From a virus: a stretch of 64,000 nt of DNA. A program made the position numbers and the translations under genes. The notes under the pieces are model-generated. The model saw only the letters and a program-made list of their open reading frames with translations. It made no database searches and was not told where the DNA came from. Position 1 is the first letter of the stretch; every line of letters starts with the position of its first letter. Below, piece after piece: positions 34,079 through 45,112 of the stretch. The stretch spans positions 32,001 through 96,000 of IMG/VR virus record IMGVR_UViG_3300034159_000051; one strand, given 5' to 3'.

Positions 34079-35947
34079 TGTTTGATCCCTCATTTTTCAA
34101 GCCAAGTAACTTCCCACGGCCGCATGCCTGGGACGCCGTTCTGCCGCCGCATGGCGCGGTGGATCGGAAGCGGCTCTTTGGCGGGTTCTGGAGCGGATAC
34201 CGCGGCCGGCTTGTCCACACCTGCGTACTGGTCGGACGGCGTTGCGCAGTCGATTTCGATCAGCCTCGCGCGCCAATAGTCGCGGAGACGCTCGCGGCCA
34301 TAGGCATCCTGGATAGCCACATCGGCCACGGTCAGAAGCATGCACCAATGGCAGGGCGGGTGCTGATGGCAATGGCACTCGCCGCCTAGTTTTTCCTCGA
34401 TTTCATTATATTCATTATCCTGGTGGGTCATAGCGTCTTCCCTCCCTGCCACCATGCCGCGACGATTTCATAAGGAAGATCGACGCATCTATTAGGGCGC
34501 CCATCAAGAGGGGTTATAATAGTCGCAGTTTGACCATTGCTAACAATGTAAGCAATTTCGTTTCGCGTGTAATAAACCAACACGTTTTTCCCATCCGGGG
34601 TAGTTATAACAAGGTCTTCTCTAGCCAACCCTCCAGGGATTTCCACAATTCCACTCATAGCGCCTTGCCTCCCTCGCCAAATTCATGAACCGTCGCCTCG
34701 CAGTCGTCCTCGCCTTCATCATCAGCAAGGTGATCGTAATCATAGATCACGACGCGAGCCGGGCCGGTGCTGGAGACGCCGGAAACGACACCGCCGCTGA
34801 CCTCGATCTTGATCTCGGGAATGACGGGCAGAGGAGTTGCATCATCTCGGATGGCGTCTGCGATTTTCTTCGCCGTTACGCATGTTACGGTGGCAATTAG
34901 AGCGGTCGTTGGTCCAGGTGTGGTCGGCTTCGTATTCGCCCAGATGTCGGCGATCTTCCCGGCGCGCTCCCGTTCAGCCATTAGCGCCAGTTGGACGATG
35001 CTGCGTGTATTCGCAATGGCTTTATCGGGGCACCCATCCAGATTGGACTGGATGATCTCAAGATTGGACTGGATGATTTCCAGAACGATTTCATCGAGCG
35101 TCTTGTTTTTCGGCGCGGAGCGGATAACGGAGCCGGTTTCGGCCTTTTTCGCAAAAAGCGCGGATTTCGCGAGGTCGCCAAGGCTATTTTTGTCGTCGGT
35201 CACGGCTTGATCCTCTCGATTGACCAAAGCGCCACGCCTCCGACAGAATGCTTGAGCCGGACAACCGGCTGGCCATGGCCGAGCCGCCAAGGCTCTCCGT
35301 CGATTTCGGTCTCGATAAATTCGTCCTTGCCGCGGATAGGGCGATACCGAACAGGCGTCCCGTCCGGGTGTTTGGCGATCCACGCCTGCAATTCGGGTTC
35401 TGACATCGGCTTGGGCGGCTTCACGGTTTCACCTCGATAATGGAGTTTTGGGATGCAAAGATGCTCGACCGTAGCGCGTTCACGCGGCGACCCTCTCCAG
35501 GGCGCGTCGCACATCGAAGCAACGGCTTTCGATGTCGGTCCGCAGGCGGCGCTCGGCCTCAAGGGCTTGACAGACAGCCAAGTGATCGAAAGAGGAGTAC
35601 CTTTTGTCGCGCCGTTCAAACCAAAAGACATAGTTATCGTCCTGCATAGTCAGGCGTTCGATAACTACATCAAGAAATCGAATGAGGCGACCTCCGAGCA
35701 ATTTTCCATCCACCGTGAACCGACGGAGAAGCACCTTGACGGAGACGCGCTCGCTCGGCGCCAAAAAGTCAAACGGCCTCAACATGCTCTCGCGATCGTA
35801 ATGCTCTGCGAAATTTCGCGGGTCTCGTAAAATCGGTTTCGTAGTCATCTGTTCTGATCCCTGTTACCGGGCTCCGGTTGAAACCGAAAGCCTATATACT
35901 AAAAGTAGGCAGTTTCTAGACGCTTGGCAAGCGGAATTTTTTAAAAG

Positions 35948-36586
35948 TTAAGAATTTTGCCCAAGACGGCGAAGCCATGCGTCCACGGGGCATAAGATTC
36001 CAAGCAAATAGGAGTTGTACCACTCGATCTGCGTCAGGCTGACGACAGGCGCCTCTTTCGTGGTCGGCGCGAGGATGATGCGCTTGCCGACGAACGAAAG
36101 GCGGCGTAGTAATAGAGCGTCCCCGACCCTCGCCAGCACGATGTCATCCTGTTCCGGGTCCAGATGTCGCGCGAAAAAGAGGATGTCGCCGCGTTTGATC
36201 GAGGGCTCCATTCCGTCATCCGGCGCCGCCATCGCAAACCCGCCATCGAGCTTGAAACACGTTCCGGCGTAGCGCTTGGCGCGGACCGCCCCGGCGATCG
36301 CCGCGTCAACGGTCTTTTCCACAGTCAAAATGAGCGGGAGCAGATGCGGCAGCGGGGCCGTGAAATAGCTGGGCGGCTTCCGAAGCGCTTGCGCCAGGAT
36401 TTCGAGCAATTGTTGGCTCCAGCGCCTTTTTTTGCCGTGCTCCCATTGGGAAAGCGTCTGCGGCGAAATGCGCCGACCAAGAAGCGGCTCCAGCGCATCA
36501 ATAAGATCAGAGGCCTTCCATTTTAGCTCGAATCGAGCCATGACGATTCGTTGACCGACGAGCCTCCCAGGCGACGGCGCTGGCAT
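35948..36586 (-). CDS. CI-like repressor (HTH plus S24-like domain)
   Basis: ISPQTLSQWEHGK helix-turn-helix; DDGMEPSIKRGD S24-like fold; lies at the divergent switch. Confidence 0.75.
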   Translation of the reverse strand: MPAPSPGRLVGQRIVMARFELKWKASDLIDALEPLLGRRISPQTLSQWEHGKKRRWSQQLLEILAQALRKPPSYFTAPLPHLLPLILTVEKTVDAAIAGAVRAKRYAGTCFKLDGGFAMAAPDDGMEPSIKRGDILFFARHLDPEQDDIVLARVGDALLLRRLSFVGKRIILAPTTKEAPVVSLTQIEWYNSYLLGILCPVDAWLRRLGQNS

Positions 36587-36826
36587 GGTCGCTCCTTTGA
36601 AAAACTGGAGCCGACGAATCTTGACAAGTTAATCGGCGGGATTTAAATTTTAAGACGACGAGGCAAAAGTCAAGCTTTTCTTAGTAGCGTTTGTTCGGGT
36701 TAGCGTTGTCCAGATATATGCCCGATAAGACCGGGTCGCGGCGACAAACGCGACCCGTGTTAATTTTTATCCACGACACGGCGCATGGTGGCTTGCGCCC
36801 AGCTTGCAAAAGCGAGGGAAAGCCGC

Positions 36827-38122
36827 ATGCACAAAGATCAGCCCAATCACCCCTATAAAGGCGTTTTCGCCGCCGTCGCCCTTATCGCCGTCATCATCGG
36901 CCTGCTTTCGGCTGGCGTGAATGGGTGGTTCGGCTGGCAGACCGGGAAAAACACCGCCTTCGTCGGCTGGATGCATTGGGGCTACGTCGCGGCGCTGGGA
37001 TCTGGCCTCTTTGACATTCTCAAAGATTTCCTGCCGATTTTGGTCGTGATGGCGCTTACCCGCAAAGGCTGGGATTGGCGCTTGCGCCTGATCGCCATTG
37101 TGGCGCCGACCGCGCTATGGATTCCGCTCGCTTACAATTCATGGACTTACGCCAGCGGTGCCGCCATGCTGATCCAGTCTAACATGGCGGGCGTTCATTC
37201 GACTGAGGTCGAAGATAAGCGCCTGCTCATGAACGAAAAAAAGAGCCTGTCGGCCAGGAAAAACGGCTGGGCGGCGGAAACCAAAGAGCCGACCGCGATC
37301 GAATCCGAGATCCAGGCCCACATGCTTGATCCAAAATGGAGATCGGCGGGGGAATGCGTTTTTGCGACAAATGACAAGGAGCGCGCCTATTGCAAACGCT
37401 ACCATGAGCTTGTCGCCGCCAAAAAACTCGCAGAGAGGCAGTTGGCCGAGCAGAAGAAAACAGACGACCGCTTGACCGCAATCGAGGAGAAGCTTTCGGG
37501 CATGGCGGCCGTCCTCGTTACGCCAGAGACGGCGAGCCTGCCGATCGAGGATGAGGAGACGCGCGCCAGCAAGGCCCACCTATGGGCCGCCCTTCTGGAG
37601 GGCATCCCGACGGGGCTCCCGGTCATCCTTTACGTTTTCGCCGTGCTTCTGACGACGGAAGCCGAGGCGGCGGCCAAGAAAAGGGCGGAGGAGGAGCAGG
37701 CTTTAGCGGCTATCCCTATGGTCGCAGCCAAGCCTGCACGCCGGGCGGCCGCGCCGAAGATCGCGCTAGAGCCAATGACTGAGCCGGAGGCTCAAAGAGC
37801 GGTCGAGGCCTTGCAGCCGGACGCCCCGGCCGAGCCCCTGGCTCTGCCGAAGCCAAGCGCCGAAGCCGATACTCGGGCGTTTGAGGCCGCGGTCGAACCC
37901 TTAACCGGAGACGTCGCTTTGCCCGCCATCATAGCGGCGTGCGAGGCCGCCGCCGGCCGCCCGGTCGACTCGCGGACGGTCGCCGCCTTCCTCCGCGGCA
38001 AGGCCGGCGTGAGAAAGCTTGAGACGCGGGCGTCTTACGAAGGCAAGCGCGCGGTTTGGTATGCCTTCAGCGGGGCCGGCAAGCGCAAAGGACCGCGCCT
38101 TGTCGCCAGCCGGGCCGCTTAG
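36827..38122 (+). CDS. Multi-TM coiled-coil membrane protein
   Basis: Three N-terminal TM helices, a coiled coil, a further TM, then an A/P-rich linker. Confidence 0.65.
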   Translation: MHKDQPNHPYKGVFAAVALIAVIIGLLSAGVNGWFGWQTGKNTAFVGWMHWGYVAALGSGLFDILKDFLPILVVMALTRKGWDWRLRLIAIVAPTALWIPLAYNSWTYASGAAMLIQSNMAGVHSTEVEDKRLLMNEKKSLSARKNGWAAETKEPTAIESEIQAHMLDPKWRSAGECVFATNDKERAYCKRYHELVAAKKLAERQLAEQKKTDDRLTAIEEKLSGMAAVLVTPETASLPIEDEETRASKAHLWAALLEGIPTGLPVILYVFAVLLTTEAEAAAKKRAEEEQALAAIPMVAAKPARRAAAPKIALEPMTEPEAQRAVEALQPDAPAEPLALPKPSAEADTRAFEAAVEPLTGDVALPAIIAACEAAAGRPVDSRTVAAFLRGKAGVRKLETRASYEGKRAVWYAFSGAGKRKGPRLVASRAA

Positions 38123-38520
38123 CGCCGCGCCGCCTGCTGTTGGATGAATGCGGTCTGCCGGCACTCTTCGCAAGCGTCGCTCGCATTCGCCGCGCTCAGA
38201 ATTGAGCTTGTGCGCCGCGTCTCATAGCGCCCGCAGACGCAGCGCACGACCCAGAGGGCGCCGCGGTTCGGCCGGCTCTTTCCCGTCGCGGAAAGGCCGG
38301 CCACAGTCAAGCGCCCGACGCTTCTGTTGATCAGGTTCGGCGTCGTCGAGTTCCTGGGGATCGGACGCATCGGAAGAGGGACGTCGGAATGTTGCTGGGT
38401 GATCTTCTTCTTGGATTCGAAGACTTCGTCGACTTGCGCCGTCACGCGCCCGGCTTTGGCGTCGAGCGGGGAAGAGGCAAAGATGCGATCGAACTGTGTG
38501 GTTCGTGGTCCTTTGGACAT
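38119..38520 (-). CDS. Small Cys protein resembling the N-terminus of HNH/AP2 homing endonucleases
   Basis: GRLTV..WVVRCVCG..CEEC; AAGGGATCAG before the start. Confidence 0.55.
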   Translation of the reverse strand: MSKGPRTTQFDRIFASSPLDAKAGRVTAQVDEVFESKKKITQQHSDVPLPMRPIPRNSTTPNLINRSVGRLTVAGLSATGKSRPNRGALWVVRCVCGRYETRRTSSILSAANASDACEECRQTAFIQQQAARR

Positions 38521-38682
38521 AACGCTGATCCCTTGATCACACCCCTGAAAAAGAACAGGGCCGCCCAAGCAGCAGTTGCCAGCGGGCAGCCCTTTTCTAA
38601 AGGGATCAGAAGCCGGCCTCCATCCTCAGCGTCGCGTTAACGTCGCAAGTAGGAGAGGCTCTGATAGAGGGAATATAGCAGG

Positions 38683-39138
38683 ATGCTCCAAGGTTTACAA
38701 CCCCGCCTAACAGCCGCGCAATATCGCGCGCTGATCACGAAGAAGACCGCGGCGCCGAAGCGCTCCAAGGCCGGCGCGCGGCCGGACATCTCCCTGTCGA
38801 TCTATTTTCGATCGGCCTGGGAGGCTAATTTCGCTCGCTACCTGAATTTGCTGATGAAGATGGGCGTCGTTGAGAGCTGGGCGCATGAACCGGAAACTTT
38901 CTGGTTCGAGGGCATCAAGCGCGGCACCTGCAGCTACAAGCCGGATTTCAAAGTCTGGTATGTCGGCGACCCGAAGCCGGAATACGTCGAGATCAAGGGC
39001 CGCGTCCTGCCGACGGATAAGACAAAATGGAAGCGGATGGCGAAATATCACCCCGGCGTCCGGCTCGTGATCGTCGGCAAAAAAGAGTATGCCTGGATCA
39101 GGGCAAAGTGGGCCGGGGCGATCCCGGCATGGGAGTAA
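38683..39138 (+). CDS. PD-(D/E)xK endonuclease (DUF1064-like)
   Basis: FRSAWEANFARYL, YKPDF and YVEIKG motifs. Confidence 0.8.
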   Translation: MLQGLQPRLTAAQYRALITKKTAAPKRSKAGARPDISLSIYFRSAWEANFARYLNLLMKMGVVESWAHEPETFWFEGIKRGTCSYKPDFKVWYVGDPKPEYVEIKGRVLPTDKTKWKRMAKYHPGVRLVIVGKKEYAWIRAKWAGAIPAWE

Positions 39139-39487
39139 GGTATGACGCAGAAATTCAAAGATGCAACCACGGCAAGAAAGTACGTGAATGATTTCAAGCA
39201 CATTCTCGGGCGCGATGTGTCTTTCGTCGAGACCTCTATGCATAGAACCATCCATTTCGACACAATGACCGACGAGGACGCCATCTGGGTCGCAGAGCAG
39301 CTCCGCGAAATAGAGCTTGAGGCGGCGCAGCGATCACGCGGCAGAAGAGGCGCAAATTAATTTTTTAGGCAAATGTAAGCAGAAGCGAGCAAAAGCGAGC
39401 AGCCGGAGCGCCGCCCCGGAAATTGGTTTGACACTCAATTTTGTTGAGCGCCAGAATTTGGCGTTCAAACCGCCCGGAGCCAAATCG

Positions 39488-40351
39488 ATGACCCTTCCCG
39501 CCGAGATCGTAGTAGTTCGCGACGGCACCCCTATGGTGTCAACTTTACAAATCGCTGAGCTTTACGAAAAAGAACATAAAAACGTACTTTCAGCCATAAA
39601 AAACCTGCAAGTCTCTGATTCTTTTAGAGAACTTAACTTTAAGCTCTCTGATTACAGCGTGGATGGCCAAGTGAGGCGTTACCCTATGTTTTGGGTAACC
39701 AGAGACGGGTTCTGGCGCCTATCGATGGCGTTCAGTCAGACACCCAAAGCGGCGGATGTATGCGAAGGCATTATCGAGGCGCTAAACTGGGCTGAGAAGC
39801 AGATCCTTAAGGGCAAGGGATCTGTCCTTATCACCGATATGGATGCCGAACAGCTTTTCCAGCTCGCAGCGGAGCGCGCCCGGAAAGAGCGGATCGAGCG
39901 AGATCAGGCGATCGCCAATGAAAAGGCGACCATTGAGGAAACGAGAAAACTCATAACCCAAGAACGTGGCCACCAGGAAAGGACCAACCAGCAATGGAGG
40001 GATGAACTAACCAAGCTGGGAAAAAAAGCTCTTTACCTAGCGAACAATCTGGCGAAGTCAGCTCAGCAAGAGCAGTTCGACCTGACGGTCATCCAGGGCG
40101 GGAAAAAACTTGGAAATGTGTGTGAGTGGTTCGGCGAAGAAATGACCCCAAGCACTAAGCCGGGCTTCACCCTCAGTCGAGACAAAACATATATGCAATA
40201 TTTAGCTTGGTGCGAAAGCAAAAATAGAAAACATGTTAATTTGAATGAATTTATAGCCACCCTTGTGAGGGAGCTTGGGGTCGGGTTCAATTCGACCTCT
40301 GGAGTCTTTATCGGCATTGCCCCAAAAAGCGATAATTCCAAAACTGGGTAG
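39488..40351 (+). CDS. Rha family regulatory protein
   Basis: STLQIAELYEKEHKNVL, LNFKLSDY, YPMFWVTRDGF motifs. Confidence 0.85.
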   Translation: MTLPAEIVVVRDGTPMVSTLQIAELYEKEHKNVLSAIKNLQVSDSFRELNFKLSDYSVDGQVRRYPMFWVTRDGFWRLSMAFSQTPKAADVCEGIIEALNWAEKQILKGKGSVLITDMDAEQLFQLAAERARKERIERDQAIANEKATIEETRKLITQERGHQERTNQQWRDELTKLGKKALYLANNLAKSAQQEQFDLTVIQGGKKLGNVCEWFGEEMTPSTKPGFTLSRDKTYMQYLAWCESKNRKHVNLNEFIATLVRELGVGFNSTSGVFIGIAPKSDNSKTG

Positions 40352-40643
40352 CAGTTCGCCTTGACGAACGAGGTCCGGTTTCATAATTTACAATTCCTGT
40401 GAGGCTCATCCGTGGTGCCACGCCAAGCAATCACGCAGCAGCAAGTTTCCTGACGCTCATCTACGGCGCCACAACGCCGAAAAACGACGATGCTGAAAAC
40501 AAAAAGGCCAGCCTCTGCTGGTCTTTTTGCGTTTCTGGGCCTTGTTCCCGCACAGCTTGCCCACCGGCGCGGAAAGTCTCTTGCCAAAGCAAATGGAAAT
40601 AGCTTATAAAGGCTGCAAAAGCCAGCAGGAGAGCACACGGGTT

Positions 40644-40838
40644 ATGGAATATCTTCCTTCGCAAGAAGCCGCCAGGAAGCTCGGCGTTTCCGATCAAACG
40701 CTTCGAAATTGGGCTAAAGCGGGAAAGATTGATTTCATTCGGACAGCCGGGAACCAGCGCCGGTACAATGTCGAGTCCATCATGAGAGAAGCGCGAGAGC
40801 GCGCGGCTGAGGATTGCAGAGGCAGGGATCAGGCATAA
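40644..40838 (+). CDS. MerR/excisionase-like HTH protein
   Basis: EAARKLGVSDQTLRNWAKAGKI..RT.GNQRRY; AGGAG RBS. Confidence 0.8.
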   Translation: MEYLPSQEAARKLGVSDQTLRNWAKAGKIDFIRTAGNQRRYNVESIMREARERAAEDCRGRDQA

Positions 40839-41040
40839 GAAAAAGGACGGAGCCGCCACAGCACCGTCCTTGAATTAGAAAACCCAACGGAACCCGACCA
40901 GGAAATCCAAGGGCACCTCACGAGGTCAATCGCTTAACCGGCTCGCGCCGATCACGAGGTCATGCCTCCATGAAGAAAGGCACTGTCATGATATATACAG
41001 GTGCTAGTCGCAGCCGTCAATTCCTTGAAGGAATTTCGGC

Positions 41041-42522
41041 ATGATGCGCAGCGAAAATTCCCATCACGATGTCGATGATTTTCAGCAGCCGCGGGCCGTA
41101 GACGCCGAGCGGGATGATGTTCCTTGCGTCTCTTCTTCCTTTCGAGAGCAACACGATTTTGGAGGCGCCCCCGTGACCACAGAAACGCCGGTGGTCGGCG
41201 ACCGCAATGCGTCTGAAGGGTGGATCAATGCCCACCGCGCCATGCGCAAGAACCCTACCGTTGGGTTCCTGAATGAGGATGGCTCCCGCAGGCGAAACGC
41301 AAAAAAAACGTGCGAGGGAATGGCGTGGTTAGACCTTTGCATGGAGGCCGGCTGGAAACCACAAACTTACAATAATAAAGGAAGAATGATCACCCTTTTG
41401 CGCGGCCAGTTTGTTGGCGCTCGCGCATGGTTGGCCGCCCGATGGGGATGGACCGAAGATGAGGTGAAATGGTTTCTTAAAAAACTTGTTCGAGACGAAA
41501 TGATCACGCTCGGATCTGGCGATCGTGCCGAAGAATCGCACCAGGATCACACCGGAACTGCGCCCAATCAAACAGACAAGAGCGCCCAATCAAACACCAA
41601 AAAGAGGGCTCACTTCGCAAACGTCATAACCGTCTGTAATTACAACATTTATCAGACGGCAAAAGAGCTTGAAACGCTCCTTTCCAGGCACCCAACACCC
41701 AATCAAGCGCCCAATCGAAACGATACGAGCGCCCATCCAGCGCCCATCCAGCGCCCACATATAGAAGAAGGAAATAAGGAAAAAAAAGAAGAGAGAGAGA
41801 GAGAGGATATCGGCGAACAGCGCGAAGTCGCGCCGCCGCCCCCACCGGTGGAAGCGCTCGCTCCGGTTCGGATGAACTGCACGGCGATCATCGCGCCCGG
41901 GTTCTCGATCCCCTACTCATCGATCGCCGCCGCGGCGACATCGACCGGCCTCGATCCGGATCGAGCGAAGGAGCTTGCGTTCTCGATCGCCGAGGAATGG
42001 CACGAAAACGGGAGAACGCCGCGGTCCCCCTCTGGAATGCTCCTGACCGCGTTCAAGAAGCACGTTGAGGCCGGGAAGCCGAAAGAGGACGAGCCGGTGC
42101 TCTTCGATCTCGGGCCGCCCGACGTGCGGCCGAAGCGCGTCACAAAGGCGGGCGTCCGGCTCGACGCGGATTTCGTTCTGCCGGAGAGTTGGCGCGCCTG
42201 GGCGAAGCAGGAGCACGCCCTTCAGGACGGCCAGATTGACGCCGAGGTCAAAAAATTCGTGCGTTGGTGGACGGGAGCGGACGCCAAGAACGCGGCCAAA
42301 AAAGACTGGAAACGCACCTGGGAAAATTGGGTGGACCGATCCGTAAGCTCCGGGCGGATCGCAAAGGCGGTTGCGACGCCGCAGCAACAGCAAGTCTTCA
42401 ATCCGCTCCCGTATCAGGAATCGAACTGCTCAGATGTTGTTTGGCAGAAGAGACTCAAGCAGTTTCTCGAAAAAGGCGCCTGCACGCTTGAGCAGGCTGT
42501 CGCTCGCGGGTTCCGGCCATGA
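41041..42522 (+). CDS. Replication initiator (lambda O-like organisation)
   Basis: GWINAHR, AWLDLCMEA, LAARWGW, ITVCNYNIYQ N-domain; internal iterons; KKDWKRTWENW C-terminal motif; start may be GTG 41174. Confidence 0.8.
   Translation: MMRSENSHHDVDDFQQPRAVDAERDDVPCVSSSFREQHDFGGAPVTTETPVVGDRNASEGWINAHRAMRKNPTVGFLNEDGSRRRNAKKTCEGMAWLDLCMEAGWKPQTYNNKGRMITLLRGQFVGARAWLAARWGWTEDEVKWFLKKLVRDEMITLGSGDRAEESHQDHTGTAPNQTDKSAQSNTKKRAHFANVITVCNYNIYQTAKELETLLSRHPTPNQAPNRNDTSAHPAPIQRPHIEEGNKEKKEEREREDIGEQREVAPPPPPVEALAPVRMNCTAIIAPGFSIPYSSIAAAATSTGLDPDRAKELAFSIAEEWHENGRTPRSPSGMLLTAFKKHVEAGKPKEDEPVLFDLGPPDVRPKRVTKAGVRLDADFVLPESWRAWAKQEHALQDGQIDAEVKKFVRWWTGADAKNAAKKDWKRTWENWVDRSVSSGRIAKAVATPQQQQVFNPLPYQESNCSDVVWQKRLKQFLEKGACTLEQAVARGFRP
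41560..41810 (+). repeat. Iteron-like GCGCCCA(A)TC repeats plus a purine tract; putative replication origin
   Basis: About seven GCGCCCAATC/GCGCCCATC-like copies inside the initiator gene, followed by an A/G-rich run. Confidence 0.65.
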
Positions 42523-42992
42523 AAAGCGCTTACGATCTTTGCTCGGAAGAAGGATTTCGCCTCAAAAGTTACAGCTACGGAAAGCAATACACCACCTGCC
42601 CGAAATGCTCAGCCTCTCGGCACGGTTCGAACCGGAAGGCGAAATGCCTGGGCGTCAAAATCGACGAGCTTGGCATAAAGTGGGCCTGCCATCATTGCCA
42701 GGACCACGGCTACAGATTTTACGACGAAGGGGATCAGAATGCAGGAAACAGAGGCCTTTTCCCAACGTGGGTTAGACGCGGAAGTGGCTTCGGACCTCGG
42801 CGCGACATTCGAGAGCGGGAGGTTCGTGTTTGCGTACAAGAGCCACGGCAAGCCTACATTTCGAAAGATCAGGAGGCCCGGCAAGGAGTTCCACATCGAG
42901 CCGAGCGGGGCTCCTCTGCATTTTTGGAACATCGACAGCGTTCGGAAGCTTGGGTCGAAACCGAAGCATCCTCTCGTAATCACCGAAGGTGA
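42519..42992 (+). CDS. Primase zinc-binding domain as a separate ORF
   Basis: CPKC..R..KCL.V...WACHHC, like the T7 gp4/Twinkle zinc finger; C-terminal part overlaps the next gene out of frame. Confidence 0.65.
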   Translation: MKSAYDLCSEEGFRLKSYSYGKQYTTCPKCSASRHGSNRKAKCLGVKIDELGIKWACHHCQDHGYRFYDEGDQNAGNRGLFPTWVRRGSGFGPRRDIREREVRVCVQEPRQAYISKDQEARQGVPHRAERGSSAFLEHRQRSEAWVETEASSRNHRR

Positions 42993-44157
42993 GTTCGACA
43001 CCTGCGCCATCAAGCAATCCTGCAATGGGGTCTATGTCCTCAGTGTCCCGAACGGGGCCAACGGCCAGCAATCGGCTGGCGCCATCTACCCGAACAAGGA
43101 CACCGGGTTCAAGTATCTTTGGGATGAAAACGGCCGGCTGATCCACGAGATCGACCAGTTTGACAAGATCATCTTGGCCACCGATGGCGACGAAAAGGGG
43201 ATCCTGCTCCGGCAAGAGCTTTCCATCCGCATCGGACCCGGCCGCTGTTGGTATGTTCTCTATCCGGAGGGCTACAAAGACCCGAACGACATCCTTCTGA
43301 AATGGGGGGAAAGGGGCGTCGCCCGGCTGATCGATATTGCGCGTCCGATCCGGCCGGGCCATCTGCTCAAACCGAGCGAGCTTCCAAACACAGGCCCTAT
43401 CACCACCTATTCGACGGGTTGGGCCGGGCTTGATCCGCTTATGATGGTTACTCGCCCTGAACTTATGGTTGTGACCGGCGTTCCAGGCCACGGGAAAACG
43501 CTATGGGCTCGCCTGCTCTCGTGCCATTTGGCGCTCGCGCATGGTTGGCGCACGGCCTTCCTGAACCCAGAAGACCCCCATGAGCGCCTTGTTCGGGACA
43601 TCAGGAGATTCGCAGACGGGAAACTCGCCGAACTGCAGGAGAAGGGCTGGAAAAGCGCCTCCGACTGGATCGATCATCATTTTCGCATCTCAAACCCCCC
43701 GATCGACGAGCGCATCACGATGCCGTTCGTCTTCAACGAGATGGAGACATCTGCGTTCCAGCATGATTGTCAGGTGTTCGTCACCGACCCTTGGTCCGCC
43801 ATTTCTCACAACAGGGGAAACAGGACGGACACCGAATATACAGAGGATATTTTAGAGGATATAAAGGCCAAAGGACGAAGACTTAACCTTCTAAATAATA
43901 TCATCGCTCATCCAAGGAAAATCGACGAAGGCGTAAAGCCGGATCTCAACACGATCAACGGCAGCTCCCATTGGAGAAACAAGGTCGACCATGGCGTCTC
44001 TGTCTATCGCTCGACGCCTGACGACGATTTTGTCCAGGTTTGTCTCAGGAAGTGCAAGGATCACGAAACGATGGGCGTTCCGGGCACGGCCTGGATGACT
44101 TACAAACGGGAGACCGGAGACTACACCGTAGACGACATAAACAAGACAGATAAATAA
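42739..44157 (+). CDS. TOPRIM primase - SF4 helicase (T7 gp4/Twinkle-like)
   Basis: ITEGEFD, SVPNGA, ILATDGDEKG, KDPND; Walker A GVPGHGKT; FVTDPW; IAHPRK. Confidence 0.92.
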   Translation: MQETEAFSQRGLDAEVASDLGATFESGRFVFAYKSHGKPTFRKIRRPGKEFHIEPSGAPLHFWNIDSVRKLGSKPKHPLVITEGEFDTCAIKQSCNGVYVLSVPNGANGQQSAGAIYPNKDTGFKYLWDENGRLIHEIDQFDKIILATDGDEKGILLRQELSIRIGPGRCWYVLYPEGYKDPNDILLKWGERGVARLIDIARPIRPGHLLKPSELPNTGPITTYSTGWAGLDPLMMVTRPELMVVTGVPGHGKTLWARLLSCHLALAHGWRTAFLNPEDPHERLVRDIRRFADGKLAELQEKGWKSASDWIDHHFRISNPPIDERITMPFVFNEMETSAFQHDCQVFVTDPWSAISHNRGNRTDTEYTEDILEDIKAKGRRLNLLNNIIAHPRKIDEGVKPDLNTINGSSHWRNKVDHGVSVYRSTPDDDFVQVCLRKCKDHETMGVPGTAWMTYKRETGDYTVDDINKTDK

Positions 44158-44516
44158 AGGGATCAGATATGAAACACCGTAACCACAAAGACCGCTGGCG
44201 TCACGATGACGCCGACGAAAACGAAGGCTACGAATCCGGCCCAGATTGGAGAAAGGCGCAAGCCGACGAGCTGGGCCGGATGAACGGCGCCGCCGGGCAC
44301 ATTGACGCGATCCCCGCGGCGCCCAAGGAAAGGCCCACCTTTACGACGCCGCCCGGGCCAGCGTTGGACATGATCAACGTCATTGCCGAGGATTTGACCG
44401 CAACGCTGCAGCGCTCCGACGCGCTAGAGAGGCGAAGCCAGATCGCCTTGTGGCTGATCTTCGTCGGCGTAGCCTCGGGCGCTGCGATCGGCTTTTATCT
44501 GGGGCTTATCAGCAAA

Positions 44517-45112
44517 TGAGCCAAGTTTCCTCTGGTTATGAGCGCAAGGAGCACGACCTCTACCCGACGCCGGCGTGGGTGACGGAGGTTCTGATTGCGC
44601 ATATTGAGCGCTCTTGCGAGCTGCGGTATGGCGGCGTTCATGAATGCGCAGCAGGCGAAGGCATGATGGCCGACGTCCTCGACGCGGTCCCAGGCATGCG
44701 ACCGACTTATCGGAGCGACATCCGGCATTGCGCGGGCCTTGATTTAGTTGGGGATTTTTTGACGCTCGATCGCTCCCCGCGGCCGAACATCATCACAAAC
44801 CCGCCCTTCGGCCAGCGTGGCGCTCTGGCCGAGCAATTCATTGAGCACGCCTTGCGTTTGACCGAGGACTCCGTGGGAATGGTCGCTATGCTGCTTCGGG
44901 TCGATTTCGATAGCGCCAAGACACGGCGCCACCTTTTCGGAGACAACCCGGCTTGGTCCAAAAAACTCGTGCTCACCTCGCGCATCAAATGGTTTGACAT
45001 GCCACCGGAGCCCGGGAAGAAAAAAGCCGGGCCGAGCGAAAATCACGCGTGGTATATCTGGGATTGGAAGCACGAGGGGCCGGCTACGATCGCCTATGGG
45101 GGTCGCTCATGA
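44517..45112 (+). CDS. Phage DNA adenine methyltransferase-like protein
   Basis: DLYPTP, ECAAGEG and IITNPPF motifs. Confidence 0.8.

Noticed and set aside
40644-40838. IS607 transposon
   Set aside because: Only the MerR-like HTH is present; no serine recombinase domain or tnpB follows
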